From Octopus sinensis (taxonomy: Eukaryota): a stretch of DNA of 64,000 nucleotides. The DNA lies in NCBI RefSeq assembly GCF_006345805.1, contig NC_043000.1, positions 162,812,001 through 162,876,000 of the forward strand, given 5' to 3'. This document shows, in pieces, positions 23,884-37,518 of this stretch. The notes beneath the pieces were generated by a model. That model made no database searches, was not told where the DNA came from, and worked only from the letters and a program-made list of their open reading frames with translations. The stretch's first letter is position 1. Every line of letters begins with the position of its first letter. The translations under genes and the position numbers were made by a program.

Positions 23884-24145
23884 CATATATTATGTATGTA
23901 TCTTATACATGAATATTCACCGTGACTTCGAAGTTCCTGCCAGCTAAGCCATCGATGATTTAGCTGGGTGAAACTTCGAAGTCGCTTTCAACAACATTCT
24001 CTTACAAGAATAAATAAATTTGTACTCTACAAAATATAGAGTAGTAACCCACTAGATTAAGATGAAACTGTTTTCATTATAACTGAACATAAAAACAAAC
24101 ATCAGCATGTGTGTGTGGTGTTGTGTGTGTGTGTGTGTGTGTGTG

Positions 24146-24180
<35 letters not shown>

Positions 24181-25407
24181 TGTGTTTGTGTGTGCACAGG
24201 CACATTGAGACTGACACACAGAACAACCATTCATTTTTCTTCCTCTGCCATTCACTTACAGTCGATTATTCTTATTTCGCTTTTCTTCTTATCTAAATTA
24301 AAAGACCAGATGGAAACACTCCTGTCCCATCATTCGATAAGACGCATTATAACGTAGGAAATGCGCCGTGCAGTTTGTAGACTCTTCCTAACTAATAACT
24401 AAATAAATAAGTATGAAGTCTGCAAAGACCGTCTTTCTTTGCTTTCATTATTGTGTTGCTGACTTGAAAATATGACATGAAAATATATATGACAAAATGG
24501 TACATCGGATGAGTGGAGAGGGAGATGGATTTCGTTTGTTATTATTTGGCGTCTGTCTGTTATGTTATGTTTTTTTTTTGTTGTTTTTACATATTTCTCT
24601 TTTTTGTGTGTGGTTTATTTTTCATAATTTACATTAGTTGCCACCATAGAGAATGGACGCCGCTATATCTTTCAGATTTTTCTTAAATCTTATGATTAAG
24701 AGATAATGTCTATAGCTGCTGTTTCTTTAAGATGTGTGGCTATGCAGCCATATTGTAATAGATACACATAACCACAAGCATACACAGGTACACAAACGCA
24801 CACTTACACACATGCATGCACACGCAAGTGTATGTATGTGTGTCTGAGTGTATGCTTGCGATTATATATATATATATGTATAATGCAACACTATACGTGT
24901 ATTGTTTTAAATTCGCAAGCTTAGATAAAATAGTATACAGATATGAGATTACACACATACGAACACATATAAGTAGAGATGCACACTATATATGCTCACA
25001 GAAACAAAGATGGTAGAGAGCACATTGATGAAAGGAAGGTGGAGCGAAAATTGTTGGTTTTAATTGTGTGCTGTATATGTGTGCGGATGTATTTGTACTT
25101 GTGACGTATCGTGACGTCCATTAGTGAAAGGGGGCCACATCTTCAAGACAACACCACTGTTGTATTATTAGCGCTGACACCAAGGGAGTTATTATTACTA
25201 CTGCTAATACCATTATTATTTATAACCACAGTGCAATTGCGTCTAATACTGCAGCTACAGAAAGCTGTTTAATGTTATAGAGACTGAACTAGCACCACTC
25301 GCATCCATGTATATGCCAGAGTTTTGAGAATTTCCAGCTGACTTTTGATATAACACTTGGTAAATAAATTACGATTCGGTATGGAGCATACCTAATTCAA
25401 TGATATA

Positions 25408-25428
25408 ACAATAATAATAACAAAAACA

Positions 25429-25505
<77 letters not shown>

Positions 25506-25559
25506 GTGATAATAATAATAATAATAATAACAATACACAAAAACAACAACAACAACAAC

Positions 25560-25593
<34 letters not shown>

Positions 25594-25620
25594 TAATAAT
25601 AATAATAATAATAATAGCAA
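25408..25620. repeat. (TAA)n/(CAA)n microsatellite
   Basis: Directly visible. Confidence 0.97.
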
Positions 25621-26739
25621 TAACAACACTTAGCAAAGATGAATCAACGAATATGGCGCTTGTCAAATGTGACAAAACTATTATGTAAAACGTTAAATTA
25701 GCTGAAACTGGAAACCTTAAATTAAGAGAGACATCAAAATAAGAGAATTAGACCAGAACCATCTTTATAAACACACGGAGCCGAATAAAGCACACAACAT
25801 ACAACACATAGAAATGGCGGGAAAAATCACAAAATATATAACAGAAATTCCAGCACTAACATGTCGATTTTACCTATAACTTGGTAAACTGAAAACAATT
25901 ATAAACTGCCTTAATTGATTTTTGATCCTTATTGAGGTTACATCAAAAGTGTCTGCATCACAGAGAACTGAGAAGCTATTCTGCTTATCTATACATCAAA
26001 TCTAGTAGCTACTGGCAACTAGAAATACTAATTTATATACCATTGGTGTTTTTTACTACATATGCCATTCCTGGGATAAATTACATCTTTAACATAATTT
26101 GAACTTAAATGAAATTAAATGAAGATCGTAGAAAAATTTGCTATATACTAAGAGCGTTCGAAGGCCTTACTCCAAAGTCTGAAAGAAGCATACAAATACT
26201 GTTCACGAGAAAGAGGGAATTTAATATTGAAATAGATAACTGCTACAAAATAACAACAGTGTAATAGAAAACCACTTAGAAGCAGGCAAAGGGAAACTGA
26301 TATTGGAGAAAGGGGATATAAGGAAATCGTAGAAGCTTTTTTACTATATGCAAGGAAGCAATAACATGAAAGTAAGTCGAAGCTGAATGGTGGCTTGTGG
26401 GAAGAACAAGGATTTAAATAAAAAACAACCAAAATATTTTAAAACAAAAATAGTTGAAGTATTTTAGATTCCAATAATTCTTCATCCTTTTCATGTATCC
26501 GACCGAAAGACCTTTCCTAGCCCTTTTATAGGATCGATACCGGTTTTTATTCAATTAAAAGTTCACGAAAATGTCCTCGCTTATTCAGTTATCCGCCTGA
26601 GCTGATCCAAGTTTCCTAAAGATGAGCTTTGTAGCAGCAATCCCGGAAATGATTGAGTTTCGTTTTATTTTCCACCAATTCATTAGTGCTATGAAAAGAT
26701 GTTTCATTGTAATTATCATAATAATAATAATATTTTCTA

Positions 26740-27035
26740 CTAAAGACACGGGGCCTGGAATTTGTGGGGAGAGAACTAGTTGATTACATCGACTCTAGTG
26801 TTTCACTGATACTTAATTTATCGACCTCAGCAGATACTGAATTCAGAATTAAAGACCGAAAAATGCCACTAAGCATCTAGTCAGGCGTGCTAACGATTCT
26901 ACCAGCTCACCGCCTTAATAATAATGATGATGTCAAATTTTGCCACAAGGGCAGCAATTTTGGGGGAGGGGATACGCCCATTGCATTGGCGTCAGTGTTC
27001 AAGTGGTACTTATATTATCGACCCCGAAATGATGA
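26740..27035 (-). mobile_element. Two degenerate SINE family 2 fragments
   Basis: GTGCTAACGATTCTACCAGCTCACCGCC (about 26886-26915) and GGTACTTATATTATCGACCCCGAAATGATGAAAG (about 27005-27038). Confidence 0.8.
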
Positions 27036-27039
27036 AAGA

Positions 27040-27927
27040 AACAACAAAAACTATAAAACAAATGAAATCCAAACTAAAACTAGAACAGGAACGGACCTTG
27101 ATAAACCGATGGCAAGAAAAGCCCCTTCATGGCAAAAACTAAACGCAAAAGAAATTGACAGAGAAAAATCCCAGCAATGGTTGAGAAGCTCAGGACTCAA
27201 AGCAGAGACAGAAGGATTTTTAATTGCAACACAAGACCAAAACCTCCCCACCAGAACTTAGCAAAAACATATAATGAAAAGAACAAGTAACTGCAGAATA
27301 TGTGGAGATGGACAAGAAACAATAAATCATATTATCTCTGGCTGCCCAGTCCTGGCTAAGAAGGAATATATTCACAGACATGACAGAGTTGGGACCTACA
27401 TACACTGGAAGCTATACCAGCACTATGGAATAACAACAGAAAAAGATGGCATAAGCACATGCCAGAAAAGGTCACAGAAAATGAGAAAGCAACCATACAA
27501 ATAGCGAAATTAAAGCCAACAGGCCAGATATAGTTGTCAGAGATCATGAAGAAAAAATACTTTCTAATTGATGTATCAATACCAGCAGATGACAATGTTT
27601 CTCTAAAAGAAATGGAGAAACTTTCAAAATAAAAAGACCTGGAAACAGACATAATTAGAATGAGGAATCTAAAAACGGAAATAATTCCTATCATAGTGGG
27701 CGCATTAGGTATGATAAAAAATATTCAGACAAATACATAACAAAAACACCAGGACTTACAAATATATATAACACAGAAAAATTGCACTACTGGGCACTGC
27801 ACACATCCTACGCAAAACACTTTCAATACAGAACCATAAGAGCATCACAGCAAACCACAGCACATACCCAAGGCACAGAGAGCTGCGCTCGGTAGTGAAG
27901 TGAAAGCACGCTATAAAAATAAAACTA

Positions 27928-27930
<3 letters not shown>
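27040..27930 (+). mobile_element. Dong/R4-type LINE 3' fragment ending in (TAA)n
   Basis: WQEKPLHG, WLRSSGLKAETEGF...QDQ, CRICG...ETINHIISGCPVLAKKEYIHRHD, PDIVV and IIVGALG motifs; frameshifted. Confidence 0.93.
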
Positions 27931-28002
<72 letters not shown>

Positions 28003-28018
28003 CAACAACAACAACACC

Positions 28019-28059
<41 letters not shown>

Positions 28060-28080
28060 TAATAATAATAATAATAATAA
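27931..28080. repeat. (TAA)n tract between two Dong/R4 elements
   Basis: Directly visible. Confidence 0.97.
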
Positions 28081-29480
28081 TGCACGTATGTTAGCTATAA
28101 ATTCCTTAGCAGTTCCAGTTGTTACTTATAGCTACAATGTGTTGAACTGGAATATGAGTGAAGTAAAGAATATAGATAGAAAAATACGCAAGCTGCTGAG
28201 TTGTAATAGGATGCACCACCCAAAGGCAGACGTAGATCGCCTTTACCTTCCCAGAGCCCAAGGAGGTCGAGGCCTGATCCAATTTGAACTAGCTTACAAA
28301 ACAACCACAATTGGACTGGCCAAATATCTCGAAATATCGAATGACTGGATGCTAAAGTTCGTGGAAAATCACGAGAGACGAAAGAAGCTTCATTCTATCA
28401 TAAAGGAAAGCAAAAAATTTGCTATTGATCTCGTGCAGGATACCAAACTGAACAACCCGAGGGAAGTACGGCAACTATTGTTGCAAAGAAGGTGAAAATG
28501 ATGGCAATGAAAAAAGCGCACGAGCAATTGGCTGATAGGTGGGAGGAGAAACCTCTGCACGGCAAATATGTGACCCGCAGCAAACAAGCTGATGTTGACC
28601 AGAAGCAAACCCATCAGTGGCTACGGAGCTCAGGGCTAAAAGCAGAGAGCGAAGGTTTCATCCTGGCTGCTCAAGATCAAAGCCTATTAACCCGGAACTA
28701 CCAGGCCAATGTGATGAAAAATGGAGCAGACCCAAAATGCCGATTCTGCAACGACATGATTGAAACAGTGGACCACCTAATCTCTGGATGTAAAGTCTTA
28801 GCACCAGTGGAGTATAAATTAAGACATGACAGAGTTGGCCAATATCTCCACTGGCTAATAAGTCGGCATTACAATATCAAAACTGCCGACAAGTGGTATA
28901 ATCACCACCCTGAGGCTGTAACTGAAGGAAAAAATGTAACCATTCTGTGGGACTTTCCAGTACATATAGACCGAACCATCAAGGCCAATAAACCAGATAT
29001 TGTTGTGAAAGACCAAAACAATAAAGTTTGCTTATTGATCGACATGAGCATCCCCTGTGATCATAATATCTCAGCGAAAGAGTTTGACAAGCTCAGAAAA
29101 TATAAAGACCTACTCATTGAAATTGAGAAAATGTGGCATCTCAAGGCGGTTACAATACCAGTGATCGTAGGAGCACTAGGAATGATCAAGAAGGGAACCG
29201 AAAATTATATGAGAATGATCCCTGGCTTACCATCCCTGCAAGAAGTGCAAAAGATTGTCTTAACTGGTACATCACACGTATTGAGAAGAGCATTGTCGAT
29301 GTGAGAACTGTTGCTGCTCGTGTATTTTAATTTAACTTTAAAAAAAAAAAAAAAAAAATGAACGAACTACAGAGTTTGGTTTAATGGCCTACCAATGTAT
29401 ACTATGAGTTTCTTTGCCCTAGGAGTCGGGAAGACACTCGGCAAGAAATGGAAGCAAATTTGAAAGAAGAAAAAAAAAGT
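28081..29480 (+). mobile_element. 5'-truncated Dong/R4-type LINE flanked by (TAA)n on both sides
   Basis: AINSLAVPV..YS, RLYLPR..GGRGL (thumb), then CCHC and PD-D restriction-like endonuclease; 3' UTR ends in (TAA)n at about 29480. Confidence 0.95.
28492..29304 (+). pseudogene. Uninterrupted 270-aa C-terminal part of the Dong/R4 ORF (CCHC knuckle plus restriction-like endonuclease)
   Basis: CRFC..MIETVDHLISGC, RHD, KPDIVV...LLIDM.IP.D, KYKDL, PVIVGALG; linked to ORF 28088-28495 by a frameshift; RT core missing. Confidence 0.9.
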
Positions 29481-29589
29481 AATAATAATAATAATAACAA
29501 AAAATTTTTACCGCTCATATTTACAAAACTTTTAGTGGGTTGTATTCATTACACAAGAATAAATTATACACATGTGCAGATGTGACGGA

Positions 29590-30400
29590 ATTTGATTGCA
29601 TATAGAATTACGAGATGCATTCCAAATACTTTTGATACTCTTTTTTAAGAGATGCAGTTATAACTGCTTCTCTGTTATTGTAATTTTAGAATATGATTTC
29701 TTTATGTTTAATTAGCTGACCTGCCAAATTTTGTTATTCTATATAGAAGGAGACGGTTGTAATTGTACTCAACCTACTTAACATAACTTGCTTCAGCATG
29801 CAGTCTGGATGTTTTGAACCTCACCATGCAATAAAATTTTGTGCTAAATTGGGCCAAAACGCATCAGAAACTCGTGACATGCCCCAAACTGTTTATGGAT
29901 TAAATGTTTCGCTTGCACAAGAGATTCAAGGACGGTAGACAGGAGGTGTGAGACGACGAGAAGTGTGAAAGGGAGAGGAACGTCAAAACATGAGAGCTGG
30001 TTGAGAAAATTTGCAATTTTCTGGATGAGAACCGTTGTGTGTCTATAAAGCCAAAAAGTACGTTGTTTGGAGTTGGTGTGGCAACTGTAAGCAGAATTAA
30101 TCATGAAGACTTGATCACGCGCAACATTTGTGCAAAATTTGTTTTGCACTGATATTCACTCAGTGCCGTGCATATTGGTAACCGACTAAACGACAGAGAT
30201 GTGCATCAAAACTGACCTTCACGTTCCCTACAGTCCAAATCTTGCTACCTTTGACTTTTGGTTGTTCCCGAAGCTGAAGGAAACCTTCAGAGGCTGTCGC
30301 TTTGAAGATGAAGGAGGCTGCGACAAGAGTACTGGAAACGTTCACTTTGGCGGACTTCCATGTTGCCTTCACGAAATGGCTGGAGCATTCTAACGAGTGC
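29590..30400 (+). mobile_element. Internally deleted, degenerate mariner transposon
   Basis: IKFCAKLG.NASET (HTH), RFKDGR, ICAKFV, then VPYSPNLATFDFWLFPKLK. Confidence 0.85.
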
Positions 30401-30403
30401 ACT

Positions 30404-30630
30404 GAGGAGGCGCAATGGCACAGTGGTTAGGGCGACGGACACGCGGTCGTAAGAACACGGTTTCGATTCCCAGACCGAGCATTGTGAGTGTTTATTGAGC
30501 AAAAACATATAAGCTCCACGAGGTGAAAGAGTACAGCGAGGTTCACCCCACCCGCCGCAGCCGTGCGGAGGGGGTGAACCCCGCTGTACTCCAAAACTTT
30601 CTCTCACTCTTTCTTCCTACTTCTACAACA
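30404..30630 (+). mobile_element. SINE family 3 (tRNA-like head)
   Basis: GGAGGCGCAATGGCACAGTGGTTAGGGC...GGTTTCGATTCCCAGACC; homologous to 47942-48232. Confidence 0.85.
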
Positions 30631-30930
30631 AACCAGAGGAACCATAGTGTAACCCAATATGGTGTGGTAAACTTTCAGACCCTAGTCTAGATTGCGAATC
30701 CTCTGTACCCCAGGATGGTTCAGCTCTCCACCCGTTAAAAGCCACCGTTTACGGAATGAGGATAACAACGTAGCTTTCACGCCCGTGCAACCGCCAGTCT
30801 ATCATCGCGTGTGGTGGGTGCATCTTCAAGTTGCCACACGCATTCTTGGTAGCTTAGAGTAGGCTCGAATTAGAGATTATTCTTTTTGGCTAATGGCGTG
30901 AGTCCTGACTGGAAGAAGAAGAAGAAGACA
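30630..30930 (+). mobile_element. Unclassified retroposon 3' end with a (GAA)n tail
   Basis: GC-richer block ending GAGTCCTGACTG(GAA)5. Confidence 0.35.
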
Positions 30931-31174
30931 AGTGTACTAAAGCAAATTAAACTTTGAAGCAAATTAAAATTTTGTAATTCTTTGGAATTAATGTTTTTTC
31001 CTTAAAAATTCTGGAATACACCTTGTATGTATAAATCAATGTATGTATGACTGTATGTATGTATATATGTATGTGTGTGAATGTATATATATATGTATCT
31101 ATGTATATATGTATGTATGCGTGTGTATATGTATATATGTATGTATGCGCGTGTATATGTATATATGTATATAT

Positions 31175-31278
31175 ATATTCTTGTTTTTTTTACTTGTTCC
31201 ATTCATTTGACTGTGGTCATGTTGGAGCACCGCCTTAGAGGGTGTTAGCTGAAGAAGTCGACCACACACACAGTCATA

Positions 31279-31347
<69 letters not shown>

Positions 31348-31352
31348 GATAT

Positions 31353-31418
<66 letters not shown>

Positions 31419-31535
31419 CGACGGGCGTCTTCCAGTTTCCTTATTTTCCATATCCACTGCGCAAGGTGCCACAAACTGGGACTAAACCCGGAACCATGTG
31501 GTTGGGAAGCAAGCTTCTTACCACACAGCCACGCC
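31175..31535 (-). mobile_element. SINE family 1, degenerate, with an expanded internal (TA)n
   Basis: Head reverse complement at 31416-31535, tail remnant at 31175-31280. Confidence 0.85.
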
Positions 31536-31726
31536 TGTGTATGCATGTATGTATGCATGCTCGCATGTAGGTAGATATTTATGCATATGTGGTCAATCAT
31601 TCGCAAAATTTGCAGATCGTCTCCTGTGAGACACACACACACACACACATATATATATATTTGTATATATATATTTATATATATATACATACATATATAT
31701 ATATATATTATATATATATATATATA

Positions 31727-31797
<71 letters not shown>

Positions 31798-31889
31798 ATG
31801 TGTGTGTGTGTGTGTACGCAGACCATACCGGACTGGCTTGGTACCTCAACTTAAGTATTTAATTCAACTTAATCTTAATTGTACATATA

Positions 31890-31920
<31 letters not shown>

Positions 31921-32728
31921 AGTATATAGGTAATATTTATCCCAACTTTAACCGCGGATGATCTGTTACAAGAAACTATACTGCACCAGTTACCATGAGA
32001 GAAACTGTAATATTAGCTTTTGGTGCAAAATGCACTCTTATGGCAAGCTGGAAGATAAATAGAATTACACAGCCAGAACGGACGCTGGTATCGCGATTAG
32101 CCAGTGTTGGCGACAGAGGCATTATTAATACGGAGAGGTAATATTTATAGCCACCGAAATCTGGATATTCTCTTAGATACCAGGACAGAAACTCTCATAA
32201 TGACTTTTGTTGAAAAATATTCTCTTATGTATATTGCTAGTCTTATGTATATTGCTGAACAGGAGGTAAATCTCCGCCACATCCAGCACCGAGACAACCA
32301 GATCACGTGTTTTCGACCTTCCTTGGTCTTGTCAATGATGGATGTTCGACCAGCAATATATCGAATAACAGCGCCGGGAGAGGCAACTGGGGCAGTATCA
32401 ATATAAATATTTACTCTCGGTAAATATAAACACTACCAGAATGTGCATCAAAGATGCAAGGTTCTGCTGTTTAGATTTATGTATTTGTCAGCATCCTGTA
32501 TAACTATACCCAAGGGGCCTTTAATTATAGTGGTCGTTTACATTTTCAGTTCCTACATTATAGTTATTACTATTACAAAAAAAAAAACTTTCTATTTCTA
32601 TTTTTCTTTGAATATCATTTACAAAAATATTGCTGTCTGTTTGAAATGATATATCGATTGGGAAACATATCGTTTTCTAGCAGTGTTTCAGAAAGATATT
32701 AAAATACTACCACTACTATTACAACAAC

Positions 32729-32818
<90 letters not shown>

Positions 32819-33649
32819 AAGAAGAAGAAGAAGAAGAAGAAGAACAACAACAACAACAACAGATGATGATGATATTATTATTATCATTATCTATACAATA
32901 TAATTTGTAGATGAGTTACTTCGAATCAATATCTAATCTGTATATTGGATATGTATCACTAATGTTGCCATACCTCTACAATTTTTTCTTACTACGGAAA
33001 AAGAAAATTGATTTATAAATACGATCGCGCATTCAATCTGCGTGTGTATAATATATAAGCATGTATATATTTGTGCGCGTATGTGTGTTATATAATGCCA
33101 AGTTGCGTTCTTATTAAAGTTAGAGTCGCACATACTGCAAAAGAAACTACAGACTTATCTATTCACACATACATACATACATACATACATACATACATAC
33201 ATACATACATACATACATACATACATACATACATACATACATACATACATACATACATACATACATACATACGTACACACATACATACATGCTTACACAA
33301 ATACAATATACTTTAATATCAACCAAGTGTATTCAATATTCAATATCTTTCGTTTTATTTATTGCAATGTTATTTCTACGCTTTTTAATCAACAGAGCTG
33401 TCTTTGAGACTAACTGCCGCTTTTTAAAAAAAATCTATTTCTGTCCTTTCTATTTATCTATATGCGGCAGGGTGTATGTATGTATGTATGTATGTATGTA
33501 TGTATGTATGTATGTATGTATGTATGTATGTATGTATGTATGTATGTGTGTACGTGTGTATGTATGTATACACACACATACATATATGCATATATATTCG
33601 TAGATACGAACAAACACAGATATACTCACTCAGACACAAAGGTATATAT

Positions 33650-33718
<69 letters not shown>

Positions 33719-33756
33719 GATAAATAAATAGACAGACAGACAGATAGATAGATAAT

Positions 33757-33807
<51 letters not shown>

Positions 33808-35197
33808 TACATACGTATATACATACATACATGCACACATACATTCATACATATACACATACATACATGCATACATACATACACACATACATACATACAC
33901 ATGCACACTCAGACATACAGACATATCTATTTATGTAAGTATGTATATTCATATTTTACATGTATGCGTGCGCGCATGCATATGTTTGTGTATTATATAT
34001 TTATATTTTATATGCATATATATATATGTGTGTGTACATATATGTGTATGTATGTTTGCATGTATATCCATTTTGTTTTGAAACCTTTTAAGACAGATGA
34101 TAACTTCTGTAATATCTTAATAAAACTTCCCGTTTTAGCCCACGAGACCTCACAACAGTTAATGAAAACCCTGAGGACGCTAACAATACAAGAGAAGGAA
34201 ACAAAAAGCTCCAGTCTCGTGTGGTGTGACTATAGTGCTAGTAGTAAACCAACTTAAGGCAATAAGGATGTATATGACTGAGGGATGTCGTTTTACATGA
34301 TAAAACAATATTTAATTTATAATAACATATTTAACGCTGTGAGCATTAAAAGTGCCAATTAGAAATATTAACGCAGTGTCGAATACACAATATTAGTCAA
34401 TGGCTATTTTCTATCAAGTACAGGGAGCAATAGTTATCATGTTTTAATGTTATTAGATCTTACCAGTAACAGCATAGACTGTCCTGAAATCAATATCGGA
34501 TTTAAACAGAGAATATCGTGGTTCGAATTAGATAGTTGAATGGTTACTTTATAAACTTTAATTTTTTCTGATGAAGTCTAGCATCAGAGAACATATCTGA
34601 AATTATCTCCCTTGTTTGTTAGATTGAAATTTTGCGAATACAATTGCAATTTTTCGGACAATTAACGTCATTTTGGTTTTCTTTAACATTAGCATTTACA
34701 CTACATTTCGATCGGAATCACGTTTAATCGAAATCAGGTGGTTTATTCATTATTATGTATATATGATCAAGTTGGATGGATTCAAGCTCGGAGATTTTAT
34801 TTTTAAAGCTAACGAGCACAATGTCTGTACTAACTATGCGTTAATTGCAGAATTATTTTGGATATAAAGATACCCAGTTAGAATCTGGTCTACTTCTAAG
34901 CACAGATCTAGGAATAAGTTGTCTGCAGATGATCGAAACTGACATCAATAGGAAAATATTGGAAATGTAAAGTAAATAGATATCTGTCGGTGTAGAAGAT
35001 TAATATTTAATCTCTCAATCAGCTAGACTATTTTCTCATTGAACTAGCGTGTACAGAAATATGCATACGTTTAATGTAATTCTAAAGGTGGGGAGAGCAT
35101 TAGTGGGCAATACACCTAATCTTTACAAGATTTCCCATAAAAAATAATTACTCAAATACAACAGGCTTACTTTAAAGTTGAGCTCGTCGTCTCGGGC

Positions 35198-35241
<44 letters not shown>

Positions 35242-35729
35242 TCCATCTCTCTCACTCCATTTCTCTCTCTCCATGGAAAATATCATACATTATTCCAAAA
35301 GTATATGACATACAAAATTCAGCTTTGCCCACACCAGCTGCACGGATTCCTCATCTCACTTCAATCTAAGAATCAGAGAGGGGGTTATTATCAGCAGCAA
35401 TTTCTACAAGAAACTCGTGTGCAAATTCTGCTTGCCCACTAAAACTCAACCCTTATTATCAGATCTAAGTCCGTGTACGAAACGGACATACCTGTCGTTA
35501 CGACAGAGGCAGTGACACGGCAGATCGACTCATGCATACCATGCATACCTGCGAAAAACAACATGTGTTACCAGTTGCCTCTTGTGCCGGAGACTGATAG
35601 AAATGTTCCTGCAACAGTTTCCTAAAGTTACCTTATTTCATTCAAACATAGAATTACTACTGCTATGCACATGTTGTTCTGCAGGGATAGACTAGATAAA
35701 CAGGTAACCCACACAGGATATTTACAATG

Positions 35730-35990
35730 GAAATCGTAACTAAAAATAGCAGAATTATATGCAAGATGGCCAACTGCCTTATCTGTAACAGGGCCATGTG
35801 CCTACGAAGTTATGCAGTGTATTATGTCCAGTGCGCCAAATGGGGTAATTGTTACATCGGCATTGTGAATCATCTGCACATGCGCATCATGATTCAAAAA
35901 ACATTGACAAATGCAGAAATGTTGCCTCGCCATGAAATCCATAGACCGTCTCTGAAGTAACCTTTGGATCAACGAAACCATTTTTTGTTC
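35730..35990 (+). mobile_element. Degenerate Penelope-like GIY-YIG fragment
   Basis: ORF 35727-35960 CKMANCLIC...VYYVQCAKWGNCYIG..NHLHMR matches the C..C / VY...C..C...YIG pattern. Confidence 0.6.
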
Positions 35991-37388
35991 AAAAAGCACA
36001 ATCAGTAATTAACCGGCAACATTTTAGTGGAAACCTTTCTTTGGAGTGCGTATCATAGTATTTGTAACAAATTCTTCATACATTTCACAGTCCCATGAGA
36101 TTTAGTTTACTGATCCAAATTGCTTCACACGTAGTGTATCAATCGCATGGTACCAGCATGCCAACCTATGTTCTCTTTCGTTTCCACTTTCTTTTTAGCT
36201 TTCTTTCCCCCTTCTTCTCTGTCTCTTTCGTTGTTCTCTTCGCATCGTTGCAAAGGTGTATTTTACCCGAAAGATTAGGTATGGTAATATTTCATTGGCT
36301 TTCTTATTGGTGTTATCGAAGCCTTCTACAGCACACTAGTTTCCAAATATATACACGTGTGTGGCTGTGTGCGTGCAAGATTGCCTACATGTGTGTGCGT
36401 GTGCATGAGTGTATGAATGTGTAATTAAATATGCATTTCTATGTATGTATATATGTATGTATGTATGTACGTATATTCGTGTGTGCGCGTGTGCCTGAGA
36501 GTTCGTGCCAATTTAACAAAGTATTTATTACAAACATTGAAAAGAAGAAGAGGGTGATGAAGGAAAGACAAGTAAATAAGAATAACAGACATAGCATTTT
36601 AAACCTAATACATACCAAGTATTTTTTCATGTAATTATATATCTATTATTTTGGCTCGTGTTCGTGTCATGATGTGGGAGATAACCTTAGATTCATTTTT
36701 CTACTCCACTTGGGAAATAACTGAGGATGGGAAGACGTGTAAACAAATCCCCAGTAATTTCGTATTCGTAGGCATGAACATCATTATCAGCATTACCTTA
36801 ACAACCATCATGGACATCATAATCATCTTCGTCGCCGTCATCATCATCATCATGATCACCATCATCATCAACGTCGTCGTTTAAATCCTCATCTTTACTA
36901 TCACCTTCACCATCATGGTCGCCAGCACTATTATCTTCATCCCTCATCATCATCAACCAAATACAAGGATGTGTTAACCTGTATACATCATAATCCGGCG
37001 TCCCTATCATCACATATGCATTCCACATGACATGGTATTTGAGCAAGCGAAAGGAAATGGTTATAGTTTGGTGTTTAACATCAAGAACAACTACATAGTT
37101 ACTGTTGATAAAGGTTAACGTGTGTGATCGCATGCATGTATGTATGTATGCTTATGGTGTGTCTGTGCATGCGTGCCTCGTGTGTGTGTGTGTGTGTAAG
37201 AGCGAGCGAGGGAGGATAAACGACACGCCCGTATATGTACTTGCATGAGCTCTTTATTCATCACACACATACTCGTGTCTGTTTGTAACAACTTACCAGT
37301 GTTTGTGCTTGCCAATACGGATGTATATATAAAATATATATTATATATGCGTGTATGTATGTACATATATATATGCATATATTTATAT

Positions 37389-37469
<81 letters not shown>

Positions 37470-37479
37470 ATATATATAC

Positions 37480-37514
<35 letters not shown>

Positions 37515-37518
37515 TGTA

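Noticed and set aside
25098-25120. Two TGACGT CRE-like motifs
   Set aside because: Short motifs with no supporting gene context or conservation data.
32630-32685. CTGTTTGA...GAAACATATCGTT hammerhead-like string
   Set aside because: The core spacing is wrong and there is no credible stem II.
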